Part shown: positions 39,188-47,698 of the stretch, piece by piece | Numbering within the stretch: position 1 is the stretch's first letter | How the letters are laid out: each line of letters begins with the position of its first letter | Assembly (NCBI GenBank): GCA_046313635.1 | Contig: JBKBYA010000002.1 | Span: 384,001 to 448,000, forward strand | DNA from: Pyrinomonadaceae bacterium | Lineage (GTDB): Bacteria > Acidobacteriota > Blastocatellia > Pyrinomonadales > Pyrinomonadaceae | Reading direction: 5' to 3' | Length of the DNA: 64,000 nt | Translations under genes and position numbers: made by a program | The notes under the pieces: model-generated | Seen by the model: only the letters and a program-made list of their open reading frames with translations | Told to the model about the DNA's origin: nothing | Database searches by the model: none

Positions 39188-41239
39188 ATGAGATCTATTC
39201 GCATTTTTTTGACCGCCGCGCAAATGGCTCTGGCGGTCCTCTGCCTCGGGGCCGCCGACGCAGCCGCCCAGCGCGTCGCTCTGCGCTCGCAGATCACGCC
39301 GAACTGCCCGTCGTCGGCCTCGCCGACCCGCTGGAAGTTTGCCGACATCTACGGCGACGGCAATATCGCGGTGCAAGGTTCGTACGGGTGCCGCGGAGCG
39401 TTCATCTACGACATCTCAAACCCGGCCTCGCCGGTGCTGGCGAGCTGGTACAATCCGGGCTCGAACATACAATTCCTCGAAGCGATCGTGATCGGCAACC
39501 GGGGCTACTTCGGGGCTGGCAACAGCAACGGCGGGGTCCATATCGTCGATCTTTCAAATCCATACAGCCCGCAGCTGCTGGGCATCGTCAACTCGACCAA
39601 CGGAAACGGCCATAACATCATTCACGAAATGATGGTTTTTGATCAGAACGGCGCCCGCTACCTAGTCGAGAATTACAATCTGCTCAGCAGTTCGCAAAAG
39701 ATCATCAAGTTCATAAACGTATCCAATCCGGCGGCGCCGGTCTTCAAGTGGGACCTTAACCCGACCGACACGACGTGGGTGCATGCGATGCACATCCGCG
39801 GCAACCGAATGTACCTCTCGGGCTGGGGCGGCCGCATCGACATCTACGACATCAGCAACCTCGCGACACAGGCGCCGACGCTGCTGGGAACCATCGTCGG
39901 CAATTCGACCAATCACAGTACGTGGACGAGCGAGGACGGCCGGTATCTCTACTCTGCCCGCGAGACCACCGACGGCGACCTGAGGGTGTACGACGTGCAG
40001 AATCCGCAGCAGCCTCTGCTCGTAAAGAGCATCCGCGCCGGTGACTACGCACTCAATGCGATCACGCCGCACAATCCGGTCGTGATGGGCAACAAGCTCT
40101 ACGTCTCGTGGTACCAGGCGGGCGTTCAGATCTTTGACATCTCGAATCCGGCCAATCCGGTACGGATCGGGCAGTACGATACCTACTCACCGACGTTTGC
40201 CCAACCCGTCGAAGAGAAGCAGCTGATGGAATCGGCCGGGCCCTGGGATATCGCATGCGGCGATCCCGAGTTCAGGTCGAGCCTCCCGACCAGCTATGAC
40301 GGCAACTGGGCCGTCTATCCGTTCCTTGGTGAAGACAAGGTCCTGCTCGGCGACTTGACCAACGGCCTTTTGATCGTCGACGCGTCGCGGATCGCGACGC
40401 CGAAGAATGTCGTTTCGGATTTTGACGGCGACCGCAAGACCGACCTTTCCGTCTTTACCCCCGCAAACGGCGCATGGACGATCGAGAGCAGTTCTAACTC
40501 GTCGAGTTGGAGTCCGATCTGGGGGATCGCGACCGACGTGATCACGCCCGGCGACTATGACGGCGACGGCAGATCGGATGTCGCGGTCTGGCGGCCCGGC
40601 AACGGCGCCTGGTACGTGCTCAACAGTTCGGGCGGCGTAACGATCGCTCAGTTCGGTATGAACGGGGACATCCCGGTCGAGGGCGACTACGACGCCGACG
40701 GAAAGACCGATCTGGCGGTCTATCGACCGTCCACGGGTGTTTGGTACATGAATCAGAGCACGCTCGGCTTCCGCGCGGTCCAATGGGGCGCCGCGGGCGA
40801 CAAGCCTGTGGTCGGCGATTACGATGGCGACGGTAAGACGGACCTCACCGTTTTTAGACCGTCGAGCGGGGTCTGGTATGTTCTGCAGAGCTCGTCGAGC
40901 ATCGCGCTTTATGCGAGCTGGGGCGCAAGCGGCGACAAGCCGGTCGAGGGCGACTTTGACGGCGACGGCAGGACCGATTTTGCCGTCTACCGGCCGTCGG
41001 AGGGAATTTGGTACATATTGCGCTCGTCGACAGGCTCGCTGCTCGCGGCGACGTTCGGACTTGCCGAGGATATGCCGATCGCGGCGGATTATGACGGCGA
41101 CGGCCGCGCCGATATCGCGGTATTCCGACCGTCGACCAGCACCTGGTACAGGCTTAACAGCAGCGACGGAGCGTTCTACGCTCGCGTCTTTGGTCAGACG
41201 GGCGATCAGCCGGCGCCCTCGGCGGCGCAGCCGCAGTAG
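39188..41239 (+). CDS. Secreted LVIVD-repeat protein with C-terminal FG-GAP/VCBS repeats
   Basis: Signal peptide; YDISNPAxP repeats; about six D(F/Y)DGDGxxDxAV(F/Y)RPxxGxWY repeats. Confidence 0.88.
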   Translation: MRSIRIFLTAAQMALAVLCLGAADAAAQRVALRSQITPNCPSSASPTRWKFADIYGDGNIAVQGSYGCRGAFIYDISNPASPVLASWYNPGSNIQFLEAIVIGNRGYFGAGNSNGGVHIVDLSNPYSPQLLGIVNSTNGNGHNIIHEMMVFDQNGARYLVENYNLLSSSQKIIKFINVSNPAAPVFKWDLNPTDTTWVHAMHIRGNRMYLSGWGGRIDIYDISNLATQAPTLLGTIVGNSTNHSTWTSEDGRYLYSARETTDGDLRVYDVQNPQQPLLVKSIRAGDYALNAITPHNPVVMGNKLYVSWYQAGVQIFDISNPANPVRIGQYDTYSPTFAQPVEEKQLMESAGPWDIACGDPEFRSSLPTSYDGNWAVYPFLGEDKVLLGDLTNGLLIVDASRIATPKNVVSDFDGDRKTDLSVFTPANGAWTIESSSNSSSWSPIWGIATDVITPGDYDGDGRSDVAVWRPGNGAWYVLNSSGGVTIAQFGMNGDIPVEGDYDADGKTDLAVYRPSTGVWYMNQSTLGFRAVQWGAAGDKPVVGDYDGDGKTDLTVFRPSSGVWYVLQSSSSIALYASWGASGDKPVEGDFDGDGRTDFAVYRPSEGIWYILRSSTGSLLAATFGLAEDMPIAADYDGDGRADIAVFRPSTSTWYRLNSSDGAFYARVFGQTGDQPAPSAAQPQ

Positions 41240-41262
41240 CCCGGATCACGCTCGGATAATTC

Positions 41263-41311
41263 AGCCCGGAGTCGTGCGGCAAGGCCGTTTGACTTCGGGC
41301 TTTTTGCTTTT
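41263..41311 (+). terminator. Probable intrinsic terminator
   Basis: AGCCCGGAGTC ... GACTTCGGGCT stem followed by TTTTGCTTTT. Confidence 0.65.
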
Positions 41312-41324
41312 ATCATTGCTGCGT

Positions 41325-42944
41325 ATGAGGCTCCGGCTCACCCTCGGTAACGATGCGAAAGGCACGAGGACGTTCGATCTCGAGACCGGTTTTCTAACGA
41401 TCGGCCGAGGAGACAACTGCATCGTTCGATTCGATCCGGCTCGTGACCGCGTCGTTTCAAAGCAGCATGCATTTATCGAGGCCCGTCAAGACGGCTTTTA
41501 CCTCACGGACAATCGGAGCACCAACGGTACTTTCGTCAACGGCCGGCGCGTTCAAACGATCAAGCTGAATGACGGCGACCGTCTCCAGTTCGGACGAGGC
41601 GGGCCTCTCGCGATCGTGTCGATCGACGGCGGTGGACCGCGCGCCGACATTCGGCAGGCCGAGATCGCGGCATTCCGAGAGGCTCTCGGCGATAGGCCGG
41701 TCACCGTACAGGCTTCGCTGGCGCAGATCGGGGTCGGCGGCGGTGCCGTCGCAAAGGAGTCGAATACCGGACGATATGTCGGGATCGGGGCGGCGGTCTT
41801 ACTGGCGATCCCGATGCTGCTCATCGTCGTCGCAATAATGTTCCTCAGTCTAGGCGTCGTGCCCGCGGTGGTCGCGACGGCGATCGCATTCACGCCGGCG
41901 GCGCTCTACATCCTGCCGCTTATGGCGATCGATCGCTACGATCCCGAGCCGTTTTGGCTGCTCGCGGCGGCATTCGCGTGGGGAGCGCTCGTCGCGGTGA
42001 TCGTCTCGCTTGTCGTCAACACGCTCTTCGGCGCGGTCGTCTACGGCGGAACGGGAAGCGCCGGCCTCGCGTCGGTCGCGAGCGCGGTCGTCTCGGCCCC
42101 GATCATCGAAGAGGCGTCAAAGGGGCTCGGCGTCGTGATCTTGCTGGTGTTTTTTCGCCGATACTTTGACGACATTCTCGACGGCATCGTATTTGGCGGC
42201 GTGATCGCTCTCGGCTTCGCAACGGTCGAGAACGTGATGTACTACGGCGAGGGGCTGAACCGAGCGATCGCCGAGTTCGGCTGGACGTCGTCGGCCCTTT
42301 GGAGTTTTCTCTTCCTTTTCACGCTGCGCGGGATCTTATCGCCATTCGCGCATGTTACGTTCACGTCGATGACCGGCATCGGCTGCGGCATCTCGCGCGA
42401 ATCGCACAACGGATTTGTACGGCTTTCGGCGCCGGTGGTCGGTTACGTGCTGGCCGTCGTGCTCCACGGGATCTGGAACGGGATGGGCATCGCGCTGACG
42501 ATACTGCTCGTCACGCTCGGCTTCGAACCGTCATGCGCGGCGATCGGCCTCGGCGGCGAAGACGTGTCGCTGTGCGGCTTCTTCACGGGTTACCTGCTGC
42601 TTGAGATCCCGCTGTTCCTCGCGTTCGTTGGTTTCGTTTTTTACGTGACGAGGCGGCAGCGGCGAATCCTGAACGACATGCTCGCGATCGAGGTCGTCCG
42701 CGGGCTGATCCCTGAAGATCACATTCGGATCGCGACGTCAGCATCGCGGAGCTTGATCTGGCTCGTGAGCGGGCTCACGGCCGGGCGGTACCGCGCCCGC
42801 AGCCGGTACCTGCGAGCCATCGGCAAGCTGGGGCTCAGTTACTGGCATATCCAACGCGCGACCGCCGCACAGGGAAAGACAGGCAGCTTTCAGCAAAACC
42901 CGATACTGCGCGAAGAGGTGCTGCGGCTGCGCGAGCAGATCTGA
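41325..42944 (+). CDS. FHA domain fused to PrsW-family intramembrane metalloprotease
   Basis: FHA IGR...VSKQHA...STNGTFVNG; PrsW DRYDPEP, EEASK, GFATVEN, H, LHGIWN. Confidence 0.9.
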   Translation: MRLRLTLGNDAKGTRTFDLETGFLTIGRGDNCIVRFDPARDRVVSKQHAFIEARQDGFYLTDNRSTNGTFVNGRRVQTIKLNDGDRLQFGRGGPLAIVSIDGGGPRADIRQAEIAAFREALGDRPVTVQASLAQIGVGGGAVAKESNTGRYVGIGAAVLLAIPMLLIVVAIMFLSLGVVPAVVATAIAFTPAALYILPLMAIDRYDPEPFWLLAAAFAWGALVAVIVSLVVNTLFGAVVYGGTGSAGLASVASAVVSAPIIEEASKGLGVVILLVFFRRYFDDILDGIVFGGVIALGFATVENVMYYGEGLNRAIAEFGWTSSALWSFLFLFTLRGILSPFAHVTFTSMTGIGCGISRESHNGFVRLSAPVVGYVLAVVLHGIWNGMGIALTILLVTLGFEPSCAAIGLGGEDVSLCGFFTGYLLLEIPLFLAFVGFVFYVTRRQRRILNDMLAIEVVRGLIPEDHIRIATSASRSLIWLVSGLTAGRYRARSRYLRAIGKLGLSYWHIQRATAAQGKTGSFQQNPILREEVLRLREQI

Positions 42945-42962
42945 CGCAGGCCCGCGCTGACC

Positions 42963-42999
42963 AAAAAAAATAAACGCCGGCAGCGTGTGCCGGCGTTTT
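42963..42999. terminator. Bidirectional terminator between the FHA-PrsW gene and the tRNA
   Basis: A8-TAAACGCCGGCA/TGCCGGCGTTTT. Confidence 0.8.
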
Positions 43000-43005
43000 C
43001 GATTC

Positions 43006-43081
43006 TGGTAGGCCGAGCAGGGCTCGAACCTGCGACCCGCGGATTAAGAGTCCGCTGCTCTACCAACTGAGCTATCGACCC
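43006..43081 (-). tRNA. tRNA-Lys (CTT)
   Basis: GGGTCGATAGCTCAGTTGGTAGAGCAGCGGACTCTTAATCCGCGGGTCGCAGGTTCGAGCCCTGCTCGGCCTACCA; 76 nt with encoded CCA. Confidence 0.97.
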
Positions 43082-43191
43082 AAAAGCGAAACGTGATTAT
43101 AACAACCGCGATTTGCCGGTGTAAAGCGGGGCCGCGTCCGGGCGAGCTGCGACGACATTCGCTGCTCAACTGGCTATAATTTCACCTGCCC

Positions 43192-44832
43192 ATGAAGGAA
43201 TGTCCCAAATGCGAGAGCTGCTTTTCTGATGATCTCGACGCCTGCCCCAATGACGCTTCGCAGCTAAAACTCGCTCTGCCGGGGCCGAGGCTGCTCGCCT
43301 CGCGCTACCTGCTTGAGCGCCGGCTCGGCCGCGGAGCGATGGGGCAGGTCTATCTCGCGATGGACAAAAAATTTGCCGCGCGCTGCGTCGCGGTAAAGAC
43401 GGTCCGGCAGGACATACTCTCGAGCGACGACCTGCAGGAGGGCGAAGCGATCGCCCGATTCGAACGCGAGGCACAGGCGGCGGCCACTATTCAGCATCCG
43501 AATACGGTCAGCGTGACGGACTTTGGCGAAACGCCGGAGGGCGTCTTTTTTCTGGTGATGGAGTATGTCGAGGGCGAGACGCTGCATCGCCTGCTGCGCC
43601 GCGAGGGCACGCTGCCGGTAAAACGGGCCGTACGATTGCTGCGGCAGATAGCCGACGGCGTCGAGGCGGCGCACGAGCTCGGCATCCTGCATCGCGATCT
43701 GAAGCCGGCGAACATCTTCATAATGCAGCGCGGCCGGGGAGACGGATTTATCAAGGTCGGCGATTTTGGTCTGGCCAAGATCGTCAACCGTGCGATGACC
43801 GATCTCAGCTCGGGTGCCGGACCCGCGTCTCGCGGCATTATCGGCACGCCGGAATTCATGTCGCCCGAGCAGATGCAGCCCGACGCGGGGGTTGACGCCC
43901 GCGCCGACCTCTACGCGCTCGGCACGATCGCCTACCTGATGCTTGCGGGCCGGACGCCCTTCACAGGCGACCTCATGCAGCTCGTTATGCAGAAGGTAAT
44001 GCAAAAACCCGCGCCGCTGTCGAACATCCGCACCGACGTCCCACGTGCGGTCGAACGCGTCATAATGCACGCTCTCGAGATCGACCCCGCCGATCGTCCG
44101 TCGACCGTAGGCGCTTGGATCGAGGAGCTCGAGTCGGCCGCCGAAGACATTGGCGAGAGCATTCATCGCGGCCGTTCGCGACTCGTCGTGCTCGCTCCTC
44201 TCGATGCAGAGGTCTATATCGACGACGAGCGAAAAGGAAGTATCGGCAATTCGGGACGCATCGTCTTGTCGGACGTGCCGGTCGGGCGTCACGTACTGCG
44301 CGTAAGCAAAGCCGGCGAACGCGACGACGAGCGCGTGATCGAGATACGCGAGGGATCGGATGAGCAGGTCATCCAGGCCCAGCTGCGGCCGCGGCACTCG
44401 ACGGGTTCGAGTCACCCGTCTCAGGGCGGCAGCGGCCAGCCGTCGAGCGTTGTACCGGGAATAGTAGCCTGCGCCAACTGCGGGGCGAGATTTGCCGAGG
44501 GGGTCAGATTCTGCGGGCGCTGCGGCGGCCGTGCTTTTACCATGGTCAGCCGCGGAGCGACCTCGGGCCCGTACGCCGGGGCGGTACAGAATGTGGGTTC
44601 GTTCCCGTGCCCGCGATGTGCGGCCGTACTGCCGGGAAGTTCGAAATTCTGCGGTCGATGCGGACTGAACATTACGGGTCCGCCGGACGCGCCGCGTTGG
44701 GCTGAAGCTCCGCTCCGGGCGGCCAGTTCGGGCGGTGACGTACCTCGGCAGGCCGAGCGGGTCTGCCAGCGATGCGGCGGAACGTACGCAGCCCACATCC
44801 GCTTTTGCGGCCGTTGCGGCGGAGCTTTATAA
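43192..44832 (+). CDS. Ser/Thr protein kinase with N-terminal Cys motif, PEGA-like domain and C-terminal zinc ribbons
   Basis: LGRGAMG, VAVK, HRDLKPAN, DFG, GTPEFMSPE; three CxxCx(n)FCGRCG ribbons. Confidence 0.93.
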   Translation: MKECPKCESCFSDDLDACPNDASQLKLALPGPRLLASRYLLERRLGRGAMGQVYLAMDKKFAARCVAVKTVRQDILSSDDLQEGEAIARFEREAQAAATIQHPNTVSVTDFGETPEGVFFLVMEYVEGETLHRLLRREGTLPVKRAVRLLRQIADGVEAAHELGILHRDLKPANIFIMQRGRGDGFIKVGDFGLAKIVNRAMTDLSSGAGPASRGIIGTPEFMSPEQMQPDAGVDARADLYALGTIAYLMLAGRTPFTGDLMQLVMQKVMQKPAPLSNIRTDVPRAVERVIMHALEIDPADRPSTVGAWIEELESAAEDIGESIHRGRSRLVVLAPLDAEVYIDDERKGSIGNSGRIVLSDVPVGRHVLRVSKAGERDDERVIEIREGSDEQVIQAQLRPRHSTGSSHPSQGGSGQPSSVVPGIVACANCGARFAEGVRFCGRCGGRAFTMVSRGATSGPYAGAVQNVGSFPCPRCAAVLPGSSKFCGRCGLNITGPPDAPRWAEAPLRAASSGGDVPRQAERVCQRCGGTYAAHIRFCGRCGGAL

Positions 44833-44837
44833 GACGG

Positions 44838-45086
44838 TCAGAGAAGGGAGTCGGTGTCGGCGTCGATAAATTCGTCAAACGTATCCGGCGAGACAAAGCT
44901 GAGCAGCTGCTGGAGTCTCTCGGCGGTCACCTCGTCGAGGTCCAACTCGTCAAATTGGAGCTCGGCCGACACTCGCAGATCACAAAAGCAAGGGAATCCG
45001 TTCTCTTCCCATTCGAGCGTAACGATCTTATATAGTCCCTCTTCGCGGATCGTGGTCCGCAGTCGCTCGATCTCAGGCATGACCAC
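44838..45086 (-). CDS. Small acidic hypothetical protein
   Basis: 82-aa ORF with protein-like composition, downstream of the HNH gene on the same strand. Confidence 0.5.
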   Translation of the reverse strand: MVMPEIERLRTTIREEGLYKIVTLEWEENGFPCFCDLRVSAELQFDELDLDEVTAERLQQLLSFVSPDTFDEFIDADTDSLL

Positions 45087-45196
45087 TCGTATCGGTTCGG
45101 AAATTTGGGAGCCCAGACAGCTTAGGTCAGCCGTGCCGGCCGTCGCTGTATTCGCTCATACACAGTCCGTTGACGAGCGCCCTCGGTACTCAGGTG

Positions 45197-45505
45197 TCAG
45201 CTCTTTGCACGCCAGCGATGCGAGCTCCGGGATGCGGGTCGCTGAGACCGCTTTTCCTCGTCGCGGGCCCGCCGGCAGGCGTAGCAGACGGTGATCAAAT
45301 TATCGGGTGAATGATCGCCGCCGTCGCGGATGGCGATCAGGTGATATACCTGGACGTATCCCTGTTTGCGCCCGGGCCTGCCGGCGACGCCGCAGTCGCG
45401 GCAAGTATAGCGATCGCGCTCGTAAACGGCCTTTCGGACCGCTTCGGGGATTCGCATCTCGATCAAACCATTCGGCTTCAAGACTTTTGGCGAGATGGGG
45501 CTCAT
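45197..45505 (-). CDS. Small HNH endonuclease-like protein (degenerate active site)
   Basis: RKAVYERDRYTCRDCG...VYHLIAIRDGGDHSPDNLITVCYAC. Confidence 0.8.
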   Translation of the reverse strand: MSPISPKVLKPNGLIEMRIPEAVRKAVYERDRYTCRDCGVAGRPGRKQGYVQVYHLIAIRDGGDHSPDNLITVCYACRRARDEEKRSQRPASRSSHRWRAKS

Positions 45506-45610
45506 AGTTCGTCTTCTGCGCGGCTTTTCACTCGGCCGCGGATCAGGGTGAATTTTTCGATTTACCCTGCTAGAAGTCTTAATCGTCCGGCAGTTTCAAT
45601 TTTTTTGATA

Positions 45611-45966
45611 TCGGAGATCGGAAGGGAAGAGGTCGATGAGATGCTGAGAAACCAAGCATAAGTGGTACGCAAAGGCTCGACCCATTGGATGCCGTTGGCT
45701 GTCTCCGGTCAGGAGAGTATTCCGAAAGACGGACGCCATTATCACCGGATCGCAAACTAGGACTCGTCTCCGGGCGAGTGCCCGCATCGATTCGGGGAAC
45801 CGGGGCCGCAAGACCGCGGTCCCCATCCCGAGCTTGAGGCGACGGCGTCATACGGTCTCAAACGCGTAGCCGTCCGCCGATCTCAGACAAGGGAGAAAAC
45901 ACTGCATCGGGCCGGTCGGCGGGGAATTGGGGAGAGGTTCCTCTGTCGGGCCGGCCCTATCTTTTA
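45611..45966 (+). ncRNA. Candidate large structured ncRNA of unknown family
   Basis: Nested long-range stems with wobble pairs reading G-U on the plus strand, closed by a terminator-like hairpin; no convincing ORF. Confidence 0.55.
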
Positions 45967-46118
45967 TCCTTGGTCCGCTCCGGGGCTGTGTTACGCGCCG
46001 GCTCAGCGGCCGCGCCCGTCGGCCGAGCGCATCCGACCCGCTTTTGCCGCCGCACCTTTGTGCGTATAATGCTCGCGACAATTCGAGTCGCGCTCAGTAT
46101 TCACCCGAGGAAATTACA

Positions 46119-47132
46119 ATGAAGATCTGTCCGAGATGTCAGCGAACCTATGCCGACGACAACCTTAGTTTCTGTATCGAGGACGGTACTGTCCTGCAGA
46201 TCGCCTCTGAAGCAGCGCCGACCGTGCAGATGAATACGGCGCCGACCGCGGTTATGCCGCCGCAGGCTCCCCCGCGGACGGCCGCCCCGGGAATTGCTCC
46301 GCAGCAGCAATGGGACCCGGGCGGTCCCGCCGCTGCAGGAGCGCCGGGCAAGAAAGGCTCCAAGACGTGGATCTGGGTACTCGCGATCCTAGCCGTCGTC
46401 TTGGTGCTGTGCGGCGGCGGAATTCTCGGTCTGATCTACTTCGTCGGGTCGCAGGCCAGCCGGACCATGGACGAGATCGCCGCGAACATCAACGCTCAGG
46501 CAAATCGCTCGACGACGCGGACGACCACCAACACTTCGACGACGGCTGCCGATCCGGCCGCAGCATCCGACGGCGACGGCGAGGTCCGCGACAACGTCCA
46601 ATCGGTAGACCTCTCCGACTGGGCCGAGAGCAACAGCAATCCTGACCAGGTCGCGACAGAGTATACGGGCGGCGAGTTTATGATGAACGTTCTCTCCAAC
46701 GATCATTACTACGTGCTCATCGCCAAGGAGGGCTATACGACGGCAGACTCCAATACTCGCGTGACGCTGAGAAACGTCGACGCCGGCAGTTCTCAGATGG
46801 GTTACGGGCTAGTATTTCACAGCCTTTCGTTCCCGCTTATACAGGACTATGCCTTCCTGATCGACACGATGAAGCAGCGCTACAGGGTCGTGCGTCATTA
46901 TCCCGGGATGGAAAAGGTCGTCGTGCCGTGGACGAACAGCACGGCGATCAAAAAGGGAAGCGAGCCAAACACCATCGAGGTCCGCGACCGGCCCGACGGC
47001 GCCGAGCTTTATATCAACAACGTCCTCGTCAAGAAATTTGACGACAGCGACGGCGCCGAGAATGGCGTGCCCGGCCTGTACTCGGGCGGCAACGTCAAGA
47101 TCGCATTCAAGGACCTCGAGATCAGCAGATAG
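46119..47132 (+). CDS. Cys-ribbon + single-TM membrane protein with extracytoplasmic beta-sandwich domain
   Basis: GAGGA RBS; MKICPRCQRTYADDNLSFCIEDG; TM WIWVLAILAVVLVLCGGG; YGLVF...NTIEV...LYINN. Confidence 0.85.
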   Translation: MKICPRCQRTYADDNLSFCIEDGTVLQIASEAAPTVQMNTAPTAVMPPQAPPRTAAPGIAPQQQWDPGGPAAAGAPGKKGSKTWIWVLAILAVVLVLCGGGILGLIYFVGSQASRTMDEIAANINAQANRSTTRTTTNTSTTAADPAAASDGDGEVRDNVQSVDLSDWAESNSNPDQVATEYTGGEFMMNVLSNDHYYVLIAKEGYTTADSNTRVTLRNVDAGSSQMGYGLVFHSLSFPLIQDYAFLIDTMKQRYRVVRHYPGMEKVVVPWTNSTAIKKGSEPNTIEVRDRPDGAELYINNVLVKKFDDSDGAENGVPGLYSGGNVKIAFKDLEISR

Positions 47133-47153
47133 CTTTCGGGCCGGCCTTTGGGT

Positions 47154-47669
47154 ATGAAGCAATGTCCTCGCTGTCGGCAGGTATATGCCGACGACCAGCT
47201 CAATTTTTGTCTTAGCGACGGAGAGCTGCTTTCGTTTTATCTCGGCGGGCCGAACGCAGGCCAACAGCCGGGCGACGACTCGCCGCCGACGCTCGTGATC
47301 GACCCGCCCCGCCCCACCGACCCGATCGGCTGGTCGGCGGGGCCGCCGATCGCATCGTATTCGCCGCTTCAGTCCCAAATGCCGCAGTTCGGTTACGGCG
47401 CCGGCGGATTCCAATATCAGCAGCCGTCGCAGACCCTGCCGACTGTCGCGATGGTGCTCGGCATCGGATCTCTGCTCTTCTCCTGCTGTTATGGCGGCTT
47501 CTGGCTAGGACTGCCGGCGGCCGTTCTCGGCTTCATCGGAATGCGAAACGCCGACTCGCAGCCCGCGCTGTACGGCGGCCGGGGCATGGCGATCACGGGT
47601 CTTGTACTCGGCACCGTCTCGTTTCTCATCTCGCTGTTGATCGCATTCGGCGCCGCGATTGGGCGCTAG
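47154..47669 (+). CDS. Cys-ribbon + DUF4190 membrane protein
   Basis: MKQCPRCRQVYADDQLNFCLSDG; AMVLGIGS...GFIG...GRGMAITGLVLG. Confidence 0.85.
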   Translation: MKQCPRCRQVYADDQLNFCLSDGELLSFYLGGPNAGQQPGDDSPPTLVIDPPRPTDPIGWSAGPPIASYSPLQSQMPQFGYGAGGFQYQQPSQTLPTVAMVLGIGSLLFSCCYGGFWLGLPAAVLGFIGMRNADSQPALYGGRGMAITGLVLGTVSFLISLLIAFGAAIGR

Positions 47670-47698
47670 AATTAGACTGCTCTATACTCTTCAGCAAA

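Noticed and set aside
40410..41160. Repeated DNA words GACTACGACGGCGACGG
   Set aside because: Explained by FG-GAP protein repeats
43006..43081. tRNA-Lys as an island attachment site
   Set aside because: No duplicate of its 3' end and no integrase noticed in the window
45640..45740. c-di-GMP-I riboswitch or T-box-like words (AAACCA..TGGTACGCAAAG, CCGAAAG)
   Set aside because: Only fragments match and the expected architecture could not be completed; needs a covariance-model search
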